DNA from: Vulcanimicrobiota bacterium | GTDB lineage: Bacteria; Vulcanimicrobiota; Vulcanimicrobiia; Eremiobacterales; Eremiobacteraceae | Direction: 5' to 3' | NCBI GenBank assembly: GCA_963805945.1 | Contig: CAWDVP010000002.1 | Location: 224,001-288,000, forward strand | Length of the DNA: 64,000 bases | Shown: one piece after another, positions 52,276-63,055 of the stretch | Numbering within the stretch: the first letter of the stretch is position 1 | Layout: each line of letters begins with the position of its first letter | Translations under genes and position numbers: made by a program | The notes under the pieces: generated by a model | Told to the model about the DNA's origin: nothing | The model's database searches: none | Seen by the model: only the letters and a program-made list of their open reading frames with translations

Positions 52276-53045
52276 GGACCGATCGTCGGGGACGCGCCGA
52301 GCTGTGCGAGCGCCTGCTCCGCATCGGATTGGTGGGGATGCAGGGCGAGCACGCGGCGGAACGCGTTCGCGGCCGCGTGCCGGTCGCCCCAGCTCATCTG
52401 CGCGAAGGCGAACGACAGCAGATAGCCCTCGTTGAAGGGCGCGAGCGCGGTGGCGCGATCGAACGCAGCGATCGCCTCGCGATGGTACGCGGCCGCCTTT
52501 GACGGGTTCGCGTCGCCGGCGGCGGCGGCGAGCATGCCGACCTTGGAATAGGCGGCGGCGAGATCGGCGCGCAGGAAAATGCTGTCGCCGAGACGCTGGA
52601 TCAGCGCTTTCTCCAGCGCGATCGCCTCATCGTACTTGCCGTGCGAGGCCATGACGTCGACCACCGCCGCCAGGCGATGCGCGGCTTTGGCGTCGAGGTA
52701 TGCCTCGACCGCTTCGTCCGGGTGACCGAGCCGCGCGTAGGCGTCGCCCTGCCCCGCGACGCACGGCGGGCCGCACGCGGCGCGCTCGAAATCGCGCAGC
52801 GCGGTTGCCGGATCGCTGTCGAGCTCTGCGCGGGCGCGGTCTTCGAGCAGCAGATGCGAATCCGGCACAAGCGCGAGACCGCGGTCGAACAGCGACTGCG
52901 CGCGCGGGGTGTCGCCTTTGACCAGCGCGAGGTTGCCCAGATCGTCGTACCCCCAGGCCGCTAGGTGGCGCCAGACCAAGGCTACCGCGAGCGCGAGCGT
53001 GAGAGCAAGCGCGAGCAGCGCGTTGCGCCGGCCCGCGGTCGTCAT
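52272..53045 (-). CDS. Membrane-anchored TPR protein
   Basis: N-terminal TM followed by TPR-like helical repeats. Confidence 0.7.
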   Translation of the reverse strand: MTTAGRRNALLALALTLALAVALVWRHLAAWGYDDLGNLALVKGDTPRAQSLFDRGLALVPDSHLLLEDRARAELDSDPATALRDFERAACGPPCVAGQGDAYARLGHPDEAVEAYLDAKAAHRLAAVVDVMASHGKYDEAIALEKALIQRLGDSIFLRADLAAAYSKVGMLAAAAGDANPSKAAAYHREAIAAFDRATALAPFNEGYLLSFAFAQMSWGDRHAAANAFRRVLALHPHQSDAEQALAQLGASPTIGP

Positions 53046-53048
53046 GAC

Positions 53049-53076
53049 GGGCCGACCTGAAGGTCGGCCCCTACAT
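53049..53076 (-). repeat. GTAG-type REP palindrome, family A
   Basis: gggccgacct-ga-aggtcggccc-ctacat, 3 nt upstream of an ATG. Confidence 0.85.
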
Positions 53077-53098
53077 CGAGGGTTGCATGGGGCATGGG

Positions 53099-53132
53099 AA
53101 AAGATTCGGGGGCCGGGCTATGCCCGACCCCC
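53099..53132 (-). terminator. Probable intrinsic terminator of the SLH gene
   Basis: GGGGGTCGGGC-ATA-GCCCGGCCCCC stem followed by GAATCTTTT. A second hairpin lies at 53143-53162. Confidence 0.6.
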
Positions 53133-53178
53133 TAGTCCCTTTCGGTCGAGCAAACTCGACCGCTCCCAATCGCCGGTC

Positions 53179-55857
53179 CTAGAACTTCACCGTGAAGTAG
53201 ATGTTCTGCCGGGTCTGGTTCCAGTTGTACGTCGGCATCACTTGGTCTTTGTACTGGTAATACGTCGAGAAGAAGTTGACCGACGAGTTCGTGTTCGGGA
53301 TGTTGTAGAGGATACCGCCGGTGAACGCGGTCTTCTGCTGGCTGATGCTCTGGTTCAGCGTGTTGAGCGCTTCGCCGCCCCAGCGCTGGTCCACGTACGA
53401 GACGTTCGCCGTCAGCGCCGCGGTGATCGGGAGCGCGATCGCGCCGACGCCCTGGCGATGCGTCACGTTGGTGTAGCTCGGATAGAAGAAGATCGTCTGA
53501 CCCGTGCCCGTGAGCTCCGCGCTGCCCAGCGGGTTATACGCCGGGACGCCGAGCAACGGGTCGGCCGCGTAGACGAACGCCGTCGTGTCCGGCCGGTACA
53601 GGTTCTCGTACAGCGCGTCAAGGCTGACGGTCGCCGTGCGATCGAAGACCGGCAGGTTGATGGTGAAGCCACCACCGGCCTGCTTGTAGACGCCCTGGAC
53701 CGTCGACGTGTACGCCGGGCCGAAGATCGCGGCCGCGAGCGAGTTCGGACGGATCTCCTGGAGGCGCTGGCCGCCCAGACGCAGCTTCACGTTGAGGCCG
53801 CCCACGCGGATCGGGAAGTTCAACTGCAGCGCCGGGCCGCGCGTGTTCGGCGCGAACGTGCTGTAGAAGTACGGTCCCTGCGCCTTGAACTGGTTGAACA
53901 GCGGGAAGGAGAACGTGCCGTACTGGAAGGCGCCGTTCGTCTGGAGCAGCGGACCCGCATAGCCGGCGGCCAGCGCGGCGCTATCCACCTGCTGGTTGAT
54001 GACCATGTCGTTGCCAATGCCGAAGCCGACCGGGTACTGCGGCTGATTCCAGAACGAGAACAGCGCCGGCGGCTGGCCCGAATATTGGAACTGGGCGCCG
54101 TCGATGTAGTTCGGGCCGACGCTGCTGTAGCTGAAGGTCTGGTCGCCGCCGAACAGCTTGAATCTGATGCCGATCACGCCCGCGCTGTCCTGCAGCGCCG
54201 GAACGCGCTGGAAGTCAGGCGTGTACTTGCTCACCGACACTTCGCCGTAGAGCGCCGGCGTGATGACCGGACCCCACGCGCGTGCCAGCGGCAAGACCGC
54301 ATCGAAGCCGAACACCGTGTCGCTCACAAGCGTGTTCGGAACCGCTGCTCCCTGGAAGTAGACCGTATTGCCGGCCGCCGCAGAGTCGCCGCGGAGATCG
54401 AAGATGCGGTTGAAGGTGAAGCCGATCTTGGCCGCGCCGTTGCCGATGCCCGGGATGCGGTAGACCATGCGTCCGCCGACGTCGTAGCGCTGTGGGAACG
54501 TGTTCGCCGAGACGCTGTAGCCCTGATAGGTGATCGCCAGCGTCGAGCCCGCGGGCAGGGGCTGGAACGAGCCCGTGAAGACGATCTGGTTGGCCGTCTG
54601 CACGAAGTTGAAGCTCGGCTCGTTCGGCTGGTTCGCAGCGGTGAAGAAGCAGCCGGTCAAGCAGTTCGGCGGGCCGAGATAGTACGAGACGAAGATCGTG
54701 CCCGGTTGCGCGTTCGCGCTGAGCGTGACCGAGGTCAGCGTGCCTGTGCCGGCCGTGAACGTGTCGGTGGTCGGCGCGGAGCCGTACACGTTCGACGTCT
54801 GCTGGAAGTAGTACGGGCCGAGGTACGTGTTCGACGTCGTGCCGGTGTTCGGTCCGTATGGTCCGGTGTTGATGCCGACCGGGTCGATGCGCACGCCGAA
54901 CGCCTGCATGTCGAGCCAGTTGAAGAACGTGCCCGTCACGTCGACGCCGTTCGGATATGGACGATACGGGTCGGTGTAGTTGATGTGGAAGTTGTCCGCC
55001 GGGCTATAGGTCAAGCCGGTCAGCGAACCCTGGATGTTCTCGAGCTGGCCCATGCGGATGTTCAGGCCCTTCACGCCGTTCATGTTGGGCACGTTGAGCT
55101 CGATCGTCGGATTGATGCCGACGCCCGTCTGCTGCTGTCGGTAGCCGCCGCTGTAGTAGTCGAGGATCTTCACGGGCAGCGACACGATCAAGTTCGGACT
55201 CACCGCATAGGACGCGGTGAACTCCCACTGCGCGCGCGGCAGCAAGATGCCGGGGCCGACGCGGCCGTAATACGGATCGTTCGAGGCGTCGGTCTCGATG
55301 AATTGGTCGGTGAAATTGAAGACCGGGTCACTGCGCGCGAAGCACGCGTTCGCCGGCAGCGGGCCGGGCGGGCAGGACGAGGCGCCGGTGAGCACCGTCG
55401 GATTCTGGTTCTGCTCGCGCTGCGAGTAGGCTGACCACAAGGTGCCGTGGATCGCGAAGCGCTGTGCGAACTGCGTCGCTTTGTCGAGCGCCGCGAGCTT
55501 GTCTTCGACCGTGGTGACACGCACGCCCATGCCGTCGAGCTCATCTTTGTACGCGCTCATCAAGCGGGCGAGTTTGAGGAGATCCGCTTTGGTCGCGCCG
55601 CCCTCGGCCTCCACCTTGGCGACCGCACGCGCGAGCGCTGCCGCGACTTCGTTTCGCGTCATCTGGCGCGAGCCGAGGAATTTCCCGTTCGGGTACCCGA
55701 CCAGGATGCCGTCGGCGGCAAGCGTCTGGATGTAATCAGCGGCCCAATTGTTATTCGGGACGTCGCTGAACGGCGTTGCGGACGCCGGCAACGGCCGCGC
55801 CAACACGACAGAAGCGACGATAAACGCGCTTACCGCGAGGTAGGCGAATCTCTTCAA
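53179..55857 (-). CDS. SLH-domain outer membrane protein (OmpM-like: SLH, coiled coil, predicted beta-barrel)
   Basis: FSDVP..WA...GYP.G.F.G...TRNE SLH motif, helical stalk, aromatic beta-rich body, C-terminal Phe; AAGGAGG RBS. Confidence 0.85.
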   Translation of the reverse strand: MKRFAYLAVSAFIVASVVLARPLPASATPFSDVPNNNWAADYIQTLAADGILVGYPNGKFLGSRQMTRNEVAAALARAVAKVEAEGGATKADLLKLARLMSAYKDELDGMGVRVTTVEDKLAALDKATQFAQRFAIHGTLWSAYSQREQNQNPTVLTGASSCPPGPLPANACFARSDPVFNFTDQFIETDASNDPYYGRVGPGILLPRAQWEFTASYAVSPNLIVSLPVKILDYYSGGYRQQQTGVGINPTIELNVPNMNGVKGLNIRMGQLENIQGSLTGLTYSPADNFHINYTDPYRPYPNGVDVTGTFFNWLDMQAFGVRIDPVGINTGPYGPNTGTTSNTYLGPYYFQQTSNVYGSAPTTDTFTAGTGTLTSVTLSANAQPGTIFVSYYLGPPNCLTGCFFTAANQPNEPSFNFVQTANQIVFTGSFQPLPAGSTLAITYQGYSVSANTFPQRYDVGGRMVYRIPGIGNGAAKIGFTFNRIFDLRGDSAAAGNTVYFQGAAVPNTLVSDTVFGFDAVLPLARAWGPVITPALYGEVSVSKYTPDFQRVPALQDSAGVIGIRFKLFGGDQTFSYSSVGPNYIDGAQFQYSGQPPALFSFWNQPQYPVGFGIGNDMVINQQVDSAALAAGYAGPLLQTNGAFQYGTFSFPLFNQFKAQGPYFYSTFAPNTRGPALQLNFPIRVGGLNVKLRLGGQRLQEIRPNSLAAAIFGPAYTSTVQGVYKQAGGGFTINLPVFDRTATVSLDALYENLYRPDTTAFVYAADPLLGVPAYNPLGSAELTGTGQTIFFYPSYTNVTHRQGVGAIALPITAALTANVSYVDQRWGGEALNTLNQSISQQKTAFTGGILYNIPNTNSSVNFFSTYYQYKDQVMPTYNWNQTRQNIYFTVKF

Positions 55858-56144
55858 AGCGGTCCTCCTTAGCGAGAGGCACGGACGTCGGGGGCCGTTT
55901 CGAACCTGACGCTTGCAGAATCCATTGTTGCCTGCCCGGCGATATCAGCTCCGTCTGGTCCCGATCCGCTTGGATGGCCGACCATCCAGCGGCACAAATA
56001 TTCGGCGCCGTATCGCCCATGAGGAGTAGGCGAAGCGTCTACCGGCAACCTGTACGCCGGAAGTTACGCCTCAAAAAAGCCCATTCCTGCCCTTGGTCGG
56101 CCGGTGCCCGGCGAACCCTCTTTCCCGATGGGTGGGACCGGGAT

Positions 56145-56564
56145 TCAGGGCTTGTTATGGGCCAAAAAACGTTCGACGATGAGCAATGCGGCGTAGCCGT
56201 CAAGCGCTTCTTTTGGCACCAGCAGACCCAGCGGCACTAGGCGCAGCAAGCCTTTGGGAGGATGGTCCTCATAGTAACGCCGGCGCGCCTGCAAGGTGGT
56301 GTTGGTCTCGTCCACGATCGCGACCGGAATGTCCGGCCATGACGACCGGCAGAGCTGGGCGACCGACTCCGAGGTGGTCGCATGGCCGATGCAGATGGCG
56401 GCCACGTCGCCCCCACGTGCCGCCGCGTCCAGCCGCGCCGCGATCCCCTGCGTCGGCACTACCCCCAGCTCCACACGCTCGCCGTCTTCGAACACGATCG
56501 CATAGCCGCATTTCGCCCGGCCTGGATCCACGCCGATGATCCGCCGCCTGCGGGGCTCGCTCAT
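56145..56564 (-). CDS. YqgF/RuvX-like RNase H-fold protein
   Basis: GVDPGR.KCG, VDE.NTT..AR and DGYAA motifs. Confidence 0.82.
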   Translation of the reverse strand: MSEPRRRRIIGVDPGRAKCGYAIVFEDGERVELGVVPTQGIAARLDAAARGGDVAAICIGHATTSESVAQLCRSSWPDIPVAIVDETNTTLQARRRYYEDHPPKGLLRLVPLGLLVPKEALDGYAALLIVERFLAHNKP

Positions 56565-57507
56565 CGGCCTGGCGCGACCTTCAGTTCGGTGGTGAGCGGG
56601 CCGCGCGCGAGCACATCTCGCGCCGCGACCGCCTGCAGCACGACCGGACCGTTGATGCCGCTCAGCTCTTTATACGCGCCGGCGAAACCTTCGACGCTCG
56701 CGTCGGGCGTATCGGCGATCGACGGCGGCATGCCGTGATTGATCGCGTTGTCGGTGATCGCGATGCGCAACTGCTGCAATGCGGCGCCGGCGAGCTGCGC
56801 GTTGTTGCCGTTGGCGATGCCCACCGACGCGATCGTCTCGCCTTTGCGATAGATCAACCGGTCCTTGTAGACGTCGAACGAGATGACGAGCGCGCCGTGC
56901 CTGAAGATGTTCTCGCCGGCGACCGGTACGACGATGGCGTCGTCCGGGGCGAAACCTTTTATCTGTTTGGCGAGCACGGCGATCTTCGTCCGCTCTGCCG
57001 GCGTCAGCGTTTTCGGGTACGGCTTCACGTCGGGGATGTGCGAGTAGTGGTCCGCCACGACGAGGAACAGCTCCTCGAGATTGCGCGCGATCACGTCCTC
57101 GGGATCCGTCGTCGTCACGACGACCGGGCGCGAGATCGCTTCGCCGTTGCGGAACACCAGCGGCTCCTCGCGCATGAAGCGCAACAGCTCCTCGCGCTGC
57201 GTCGTGAGGCTGCGGATGTCGTCGCGCAGCGTGTTGATCGAGAAGAGCGCCTGGCGCGCCTGCTCGTTGATGAGCGCGACGAAGCCGATGGCCAGCAGCG
57301 CGATCATCATGCCGAAGCCGACCGCGAAGATCGTGCTCGTGTAGCGCGGCCGCAGGCCGAACAGAGGTGAGGCGGCGCCGGCCGACCTGATGGCCGACGC
57401 GGTCGCCGACGTACGCGACGAAACCGGCGATGAGGACGATGACGGCGACCGTGATCGCCGGGCGCACGTCGATCGCCGCCGAAGAGCGGAGTCAAGAGCA
57501 GCGGCAT
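56561..57507 (-). CDS. DUF3084 domain protein (frameshifted)
   Basis: AYVGDRVG..VGRRRL(.)FGLRPRYT motif; follows the lptF/G gene. Confidence 0.75.
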
Positions 57508-58599
57508 CACACGCTGGCCGCCAGCCGTAGCAGCCACACGCCGGCGCCGCTGAACACGATGTTGGGCAGCCACGCCATGGCGAGGCTCAGGCCGGGATTG
57601 GTGCGTCCGATGGCGAGGCAGATCGTCGTCACCACGTAGAACGCGAACACGATCGCGATGCTGATGCCGAAACCCCGCGCCCGACGTCGAGCGCTGGCGC
57701 CGGATGCCGAGCGGTATCGCGAGCAGGGTGAACACCAAGCTCGCGAACGGACGCGCCAGCTTGCTGTCGTAGGTGACGAGCAGCAGCGCGTAGCGCGATT
57801 GAGTCGCCGGAGACGCGCGCGGACTTGAGCAGCGGCCGCAGCTCGATGCGGTTAAGGTCTTCGGGCCGTCTTCGAGAGCTCGATGAGCTGCGGTCGGGCT
57901 CGCGCCGATATTCACGCCGGTGAGCGGCAGGCTGCCGACGGTGCAGCAACCGGGTGCGAGCCGGTACTGAGATGGCGTCGTAGAGCGTCCAGGTCGAGTT
58001 CTTGTACTGCGCGCGCGGCGCGAACAGCAGCGACAGCAGGGTGTTGCCGCGGTAGACCTGGACCGTCACCTGCTCGAGCTGCTGCGTCGTCGCGTCGAAG
58101 CCCTGAGGCGTAGGTCACTTGGGAGTCGCCGTTCGGGAGCACGGTGCGCACCACTTCGTTCTGCAGGATGTTGATGGAGCCGGACTGGATCTCGCTGCGC
58201 AGGATCTCATTGGCCTTGGCGGTGGCGGCCGGCACCACGAACTCCTGAAAGCCGAGGCCGACGAGCGAGGCGACGAGCCCCACCGCGGCGATCGGCAGCG
58301 CGAGGCGATACAGGCTGATGCCGCCGGCGCGCATCGCGGTGATCTCGGAGTCGCCGGAGAGGCGGCTCATCGCGAGCAGCACCGACAGCAGCATCGACAT
58401 CGGGAAGGTCAGCACGAGCGTCTGCGGCAAGCGTATACACGAAATACTTGGCCGCCGCGAGCAGGCTGGCGTGCTCTTCCGACACCAGCCGCGCGACGTT
58501 GAGCAGCTCGCCGGCCACGAACAGCAGCGTGAAGGCGGCCAGTCCGAAGAGGAACGGGCCGCCGAGCTCGCTGATCATGTAGCGGTCGAGCAGCTTCAC
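57507..58599 (-). CDS. LptF/LptG family permease (frameshifted)
   Basis: MKLLDRY..EL..PF.FG, RL..DSEITAMRAGG.S and AWLPN motifs. Confidence 0.88.
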
Positions 58600-59348
58600 A
58601 GACGGAAGTTCTCTCCCAGATAGAAGCTGCGCGCTTCCGGCGAGAGCGCGACTTCCTGCGCCGTCCCCGAGACCCGGATGCTGCCCTCGTTGAGGATGTA
58701 GGCGCGATCGACGATGGCCAACGTCTCGCGCACGGAGTGGTCGGTGATGAGCACGCCGAGCCCTTTCGCCTTGAGCTGGCGGATGATGTCTTGGATCTCG
58801 CCGACGGCGATGGGGTCGATGCCGGTGAACGGCTCGTCGAGCAACAGGAACGCCGGGTCGGTGGCGATGGCGCGGGCGATCTCGACCCGCCGGCGCTCGC
58901 CGCCGGAGAGCGTCTCCGCGCGCGCGTGCACGAGATGTTCGAGCCCGAACTCGCCGAGCAGCTTCGGCAGGCGCGCGTCCTGCTCGGCGCGCGGCACGCC
59001 GCGCTGCTCCCAGATGAGGCGGATGTTGTCTTCGATGCTCAAGCGGCGGAAGACCGACGACTCCTGGGCGAGATAGCCGAGCCCCTCGCGCGCGCGCAGG
59101 TGCATCGGCTGATGGGTGATGTCCACCGCCGTGCCGTTCGCACCGCGCAGCAGGACGCTGCCGTCGTTTGGCCGCACCAGCCCGACCACCATATAAAAGG
59201 TAGTTGTTTTTCCGGCGCCGTTGGGACCGAGCAGTCCCACGACCTCGCCGCAGCGCACCTTGAGGCTCACATGGTCGACCACAGTCCTGGGACCGTAGCT
59301 CTTGGTCAGCGCTTCGACGTCGATCTCAGTTGCTGCCGTTGTCGTCAA
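58596..59348 (-). CDS. lptB: LPS export ABC transporter ATP-binding protein
   Basis: GPNGAGKTTTFYM, LSGGERRRVEIARA, DEPFTGIDP and ITDHSVRETL motifs. Confidence 0.95.
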   Translation of the reverse strand: MTTTAATEIDVEALTKSYGPRTVVDHVSLKVRCGEVVGLLGPNGAGKTTTFYMVVGLVRPNDGSVLLRGANGTAVDITHQPMHLRAREGLGYLAQESSVFRRLSIEDNIRLIWEQRGVPRAEQDARLPKLLGEFGLEHLVHARAETLSGGERRRVEIARAIATDPAFLLLDEPFTGIDPIAVGEIQDIIRQLKAKGLGVLITDHSVRETLAIVDRAYILNEGSIRVSGTAQEVALSPEARSFYLGENFRL

Positions 59349-59360
59349 CCCGCGCTCCCG

Positions 59361-59927
59361 TCATTTCCCGAACGTCATGGTCTGCTCACCATGCGGCCCC
59401 CAGACGTGCACCGTCTGCAGGTCGAGGTCGGCGATCGCGCGATCGCCATCGATGGAGTTGCCGTGGTCGTCTTGGGCCCGCACGTGGCCGGTCGCGACGA
59501 GCACGTGGCGGATCCCGTCATACTCGATCGTCTGCGCGGTCATGGCCGCGCCGTTCGCGCTGCTCGCGTGCGCGCCGCCGCGGAGCGCGACATTTCGCGA
59601 ATCCGGGAGCACTTCTGCCGTCGGTGCCGTTACCCGCAGACGTACCGTCCCTCCTTTATAGAAGTTTAACGCCACACCGCTGAGGATGCCCTTGGAATCC
59701 GCCGTCTGATACGCGATCTGCGACGAGCGCAGCAAGTACTCCAATTTCCCGTCGTGGATCTCTTTGAGCTCGACAGGCCGGTCCGCGAGCGCCTTCGCGA
59801 CGATGTAGTAGGGCGGCTGCTGCGGCGGCGATTCGGTGGCTCGCGGCCCGGCAGCGCCGCTGCCGCCACAGCCGGTGAGCAGCAATGCGGCGGCGGCGAC
59901 GGCCGCGGCGGGCTGGCGCGCATCCAC
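59361..59927 (-). CDS. lptC: LptC-like lipoprotein (in frame with the upstream ligase; start uncertain)
   Basis: LLTGC lipobox, beta-jellyroll-like pattern, position directly before lptB. Confidence 0.6.
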   Translation of the reverse strand: MDARQPAAAVAAAALLLTGCGGSGAAGPRATESPPQQPPYYIVAKALADRPVELKEIHDGKLEYLLRSSQIAYQTADSKGILSGVALNFYKGGTVRLRVTAPTAEVLPDSRNVALRGGAHASSANGAAMTAQTIEYDGIRHVLVATGHVRAQDDHGNSIDGDRAIADLDLQTVHVWGPHGEQTMTFGK

Positions 59928-61152
59928 GCGCCGGGGCACGGGCGCAAGCGACAGCAGCAACCCGAGCATCGGCCACCACAGCAAGAACACGAAGGTGGAC
60001 ACGACGTCGAGCACGTTCTGCACCGCAGACGCGATGAAGCCCGCCACGAGCCCGAACGCGAGCAGCGTGCGCTCGAGATCGTCCGGCGGTATGCGCGCGA
60101 GCGTGCGCCGCACCGCGAGCACGCCGGCGATCACCGCCCACGCGAATGCGCCGAGGCCGAGCAGCCCGTTCTCGACCAGCACGTTGAGCGGCAGGTCATG
60201 CGCATGGACCTCGTCGACCGCCGCGTCCGGCAGCTTCAGGCTCGGATACACCTTCGAGAAGCCGATCGGACCGACGCCCGTGAGCGCGAAGCGCTCGGCC
60301 ATGCGCAGCGCGCCTTCCCACACGGCGATGCGCGAGGTGTTCTCGCTGGGGTCGTGCGCGACGTCGCGGAACGTCGTCGTGCCGAGCGCGAGCGCGACGA
60401 CGGCGGCGCAGCGCGTAGAGCACCATCGCACGCCGGCCGAAACGCGCGACGAGCACCGGCAGGCCGATGATCAAGCCGAGCCATGCGGCGCGCGATACCG
60501 AGAGCGCGAGCGCGACGATGCCGATCATGGCGGCGGCGCCGCCGAGCCGGCGCAACAGGACCGGCGCGCCAGCTTGCGCGAGCCCGAGCGAGATGAAGAA
60601 CAGCAGATAGCCGCCGAACTCGTTGGGCTGCAAGAACGTCCCTGCGGCGCGGCCGTGCTGGTAGGCGAACATCTCCGGCGGGTGGCGCGTCACGGTGAGC
60701 GCGACGCCGAACACCGTCGCGATGATGCCGGCGGTGAAATAGCAGACGAGCAGCGCGCGGCGCGTGCGGTCGTCGGACATGCGCCAGTAGATGGCGACGA
60801 ACGCGATCAGATTGCCGATCTCGCTGATGATCTCGAAGAGACTCGCGTTGAACGACACGCCGATCACACCGGCAAGAGTCGCGGTCGCGATCACGGCGAG
60901 CAGCGGCAGGGTCAACGGCGGTTCGACAAGCCCGCGCCAGCCGCGCCGGACGAGGATGCCGCCGAGCGTGACGAGCGTGGCGAGCGTCATGATGACCGCG
61001 AAGGCGACCGCATAGCCCTTGCCGCCGATGGCCACGCCGCGCGGCAGCACGTCGGCGAGCAGCACGAGCATCGGCAGCACCGGCATGAGGCAGAACATCG
61101 CGAACGGCATCACCAGCTCCGCGCTTTGCGCCGTCCTCTGCAACGCTGTCAT
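59928..61152 (-). CDS. O-antigen ligase family protein (frameshift near 60405)
   Basis: RA.GTF.QPN..GYL, SRAAW, R..VW..A, TGVG..F and HAHD motifs. Confidence 0.85.
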
Positions 61153-62321
61153 GCGCCCTTCTCCGACGCGAGCGCGATGACGGCCTGTGCGACGGCGGCC
61201 GACGCGCCGGAACCGCCGAGCGCGGCGCGCCCCGCGGCGGCCATCTCCGCCATGCGCTGCGGGTCCTTGAGCAGTTCGACGACGCCGTCGGCGAAGGCGC
61301 GATCGTGATCGGGCAGCACGAGCAGCGCATCGCCGAGCAAGCGCTGTTGGCGCATGCGGTACCAGCCGCCCGAGCCGCCGTCGCTGCCCGATGACGACGC
61401 GATCACCGGTTTGCCGAGGCCGGCCGCTTGCTCGTTGCCCGTGCCGGCCTGCCCGAGCACGATCTCGCTGGCGCGAAGGAGGTCGCCGAACGCGCCGGCG
61501 ATCAACATCACCTCGAGCCCGCCGGCGTCCGCACGCGCGATGACGCCGGTCGCGTTGCCGGTCTCGAGCAGCGGCGCGCCTGCTGCGGCGCAGGCCGCGA
61601 GCATCGCTTTCGCGGAGACGCTTGGCGCGACGGACACCAACGCCTGCAGCCGTGTCGGCGCGAGCGCGCGGGCCACGATCGCCAGCCGCCGCAGCGCGGT
61701 GGTCGCATTCTTGGGCGCATCGCTGCGGCTGCCGGGCAGCACGCCGACCACTCGCGCTCCCGCGGTCACCGGCAAAGGCGCTTCGGACGCCGCGATGCCG
61801 TCCATCATCAGATTGCCCGCATAGCTGGCTCGCACGCCGCGACGCGCGAGCGCCGCTGCGGTCTCCTCGTCACGAGCGAAGACCGCGTCGGCTCGCCGGG
61901 CGATGGCGCACTCCAGCGCCGAATGCGGCGCGACGCGCTCGGACTTCGCGGTCGCGACGAAGATCGTGGGGCGGCGTGCGAAGAGCAGGCAGGCAGCGGC
62001 GCAGTAGACGTCGCCGACGGCGACGACGACGTCGCGCGCGCGCTGCCGCGAGAGGAACGAGAACTGGCGGAGCGTCAGCGCGAACAGGCCGGCGCCCGCA
62101 TCGCGCGCCCAATTGCGCATGTTCCAATACGCGACGAGGCCGCCGCTCGGCATCTCGACCTGCGGCCCCACCGAGCGCAAGGCGCCCGGACCGTTCGGAA
62201 AACGGCCGACCAAGGGAAAATGCTCGATCGACGCGCCGGGGTCGAGGCCGGTGATGGCGCGCGCCAGATAGCCGGCGATCGCCGCTTCGCCATAGCCGTT
62301 GCTCACGAGCAGCACGTTCAT
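61149..62321 (-). CDS. Lipid-A-disaccharide synthase-related protein
   Basis: SNGYGE, PSGG, AVGD, GN.MMD, LPGSR, AGT.NEQ..GLGKP and Q.RLLG motifs. Confidence 0.8.
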   Translation of the reverse strand: MNVLLVSNGYGEAAIAGYLARAITGLDPGASIEHFPLVGRFPNGPGALRSVGPQVEMPSGGLVAYWNMRNWARDAGAGLFALTLRQFSFLSRQRARDVVVAVGDVYCAAACLLFARRPTIFVATAKSERVAPHSALECAIARRADAVFARDEETAAALARRGVRASYAGNLMMDGIAASEAPLPVTAGARVVGVLPGSRSDAPKNATTALRRLAIVARALAPTRLQALVSVAPSVSAKAMLAACAAAGAPLLETGNATGVIARADAGGLEVMLIAGAFGDLLRASEIVLGQAGTGNEQAAGLGKPVIASSSGSDGGSGGWYRMRQQRLLGDALLVLPDHDRAFADGVVELLKDPQRMAEMAAAGRAALGGSGASAAVAQAVIALASEKGA

Positions 62322-63055
62322 GGATCGGGCGCTCCAAGAAGCGGCACCAGCGAGAACGACGCGACGCTCGGGCGCGCGCCGCGCAGGTCGAGTTCGAGAC
62401 GGCCCGCGTTCTCGGCATACGCGCCGGCGTGGACGATCGGCACGCCCGCGACGATCTCCGGCGCCGGCAACGTCACGTGGGTATGTCCGCCGATGATCGC
62501 GCCGATCTGCGGAAAGGCGCGCGCGAGTTCGCGGTCGCCCGGCAGACCGAGATGCGAGAGCACGAGCGTCAGGTCCGCGCCTTCGCCGGCCGCGAGCATC
62601 TCGTCCATCGCCGCCTTCACCGACAGGAAACGCCAGCCGAACAACGCCTCCCAGCCGCTGCCGGTGCGATACTGCGGCGCGAGCAGAGCAAGCAGCCGCA
62701 CGCGCACGCCGCCCGACTCCACGATGAGCGAGCGTTTGAAGACCGGCTCGCGCCGCCGCAGGTCGAGCAGGTTGGAGCAGATCATCGGCACCGGCATAGC
62801 GCGCGCCCGCGCGAGAAAGAGCTTATGAAGATAGTGGAATTCGCGATTGCCGACCGCCTGCGCGCGATACGGCGCGGCTGCGAACTCGGCCATGACGGGC
62901 TCCTCGCGCCGATAGACGGTGGACGAGCCGAGGAGGCTATCGCCGCAATCCACCAGCAGCGCGTCCGCCTCCACGATCGCGCGCAGGCGCGCGCCGAAGC
63001 CGAGCCTGCCATGGACGTCCGCGGTGTGATAGACGATCAGGCTGCCCGCGCTCAT
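62318..63055 (-). CDS. Metallophosphoesterase (5'-nucleotidase N-terminal-like)
   Basis: HTADVHG, D.GD, GNREF, LSHLG and GGHTH motifs. Confidence 0.82.
   Translation of the reverse strand: MSAGSLIVYHTADVHGRLGFGARLRAIVEADALLVDCGDSLLGSSTVYRREEPVMAEFAAAPYRAQAVGNREFHYLHKLFLARARAMPVPMICSNLLDLRRREPVFKRSLIVESGGVRVRLLALLAPQYRTGSGWEALFGWRFLSVKAAMDEMLAAGEGADLTLVLSHLGLPGDRELARAFPQIGAIIGGHTHVTLPAPEIVAGVPIVHAGAYAENAGRLELDLRGARPSVASFSLVPLLGAPDP

Noticed and set aside
52909..55434. 841-aa + strand ORF and other long antisense ORFs in the track
   Set aside because: These are shadows of real GC-rich genes on the opposite strand, with no recognisable motifs.
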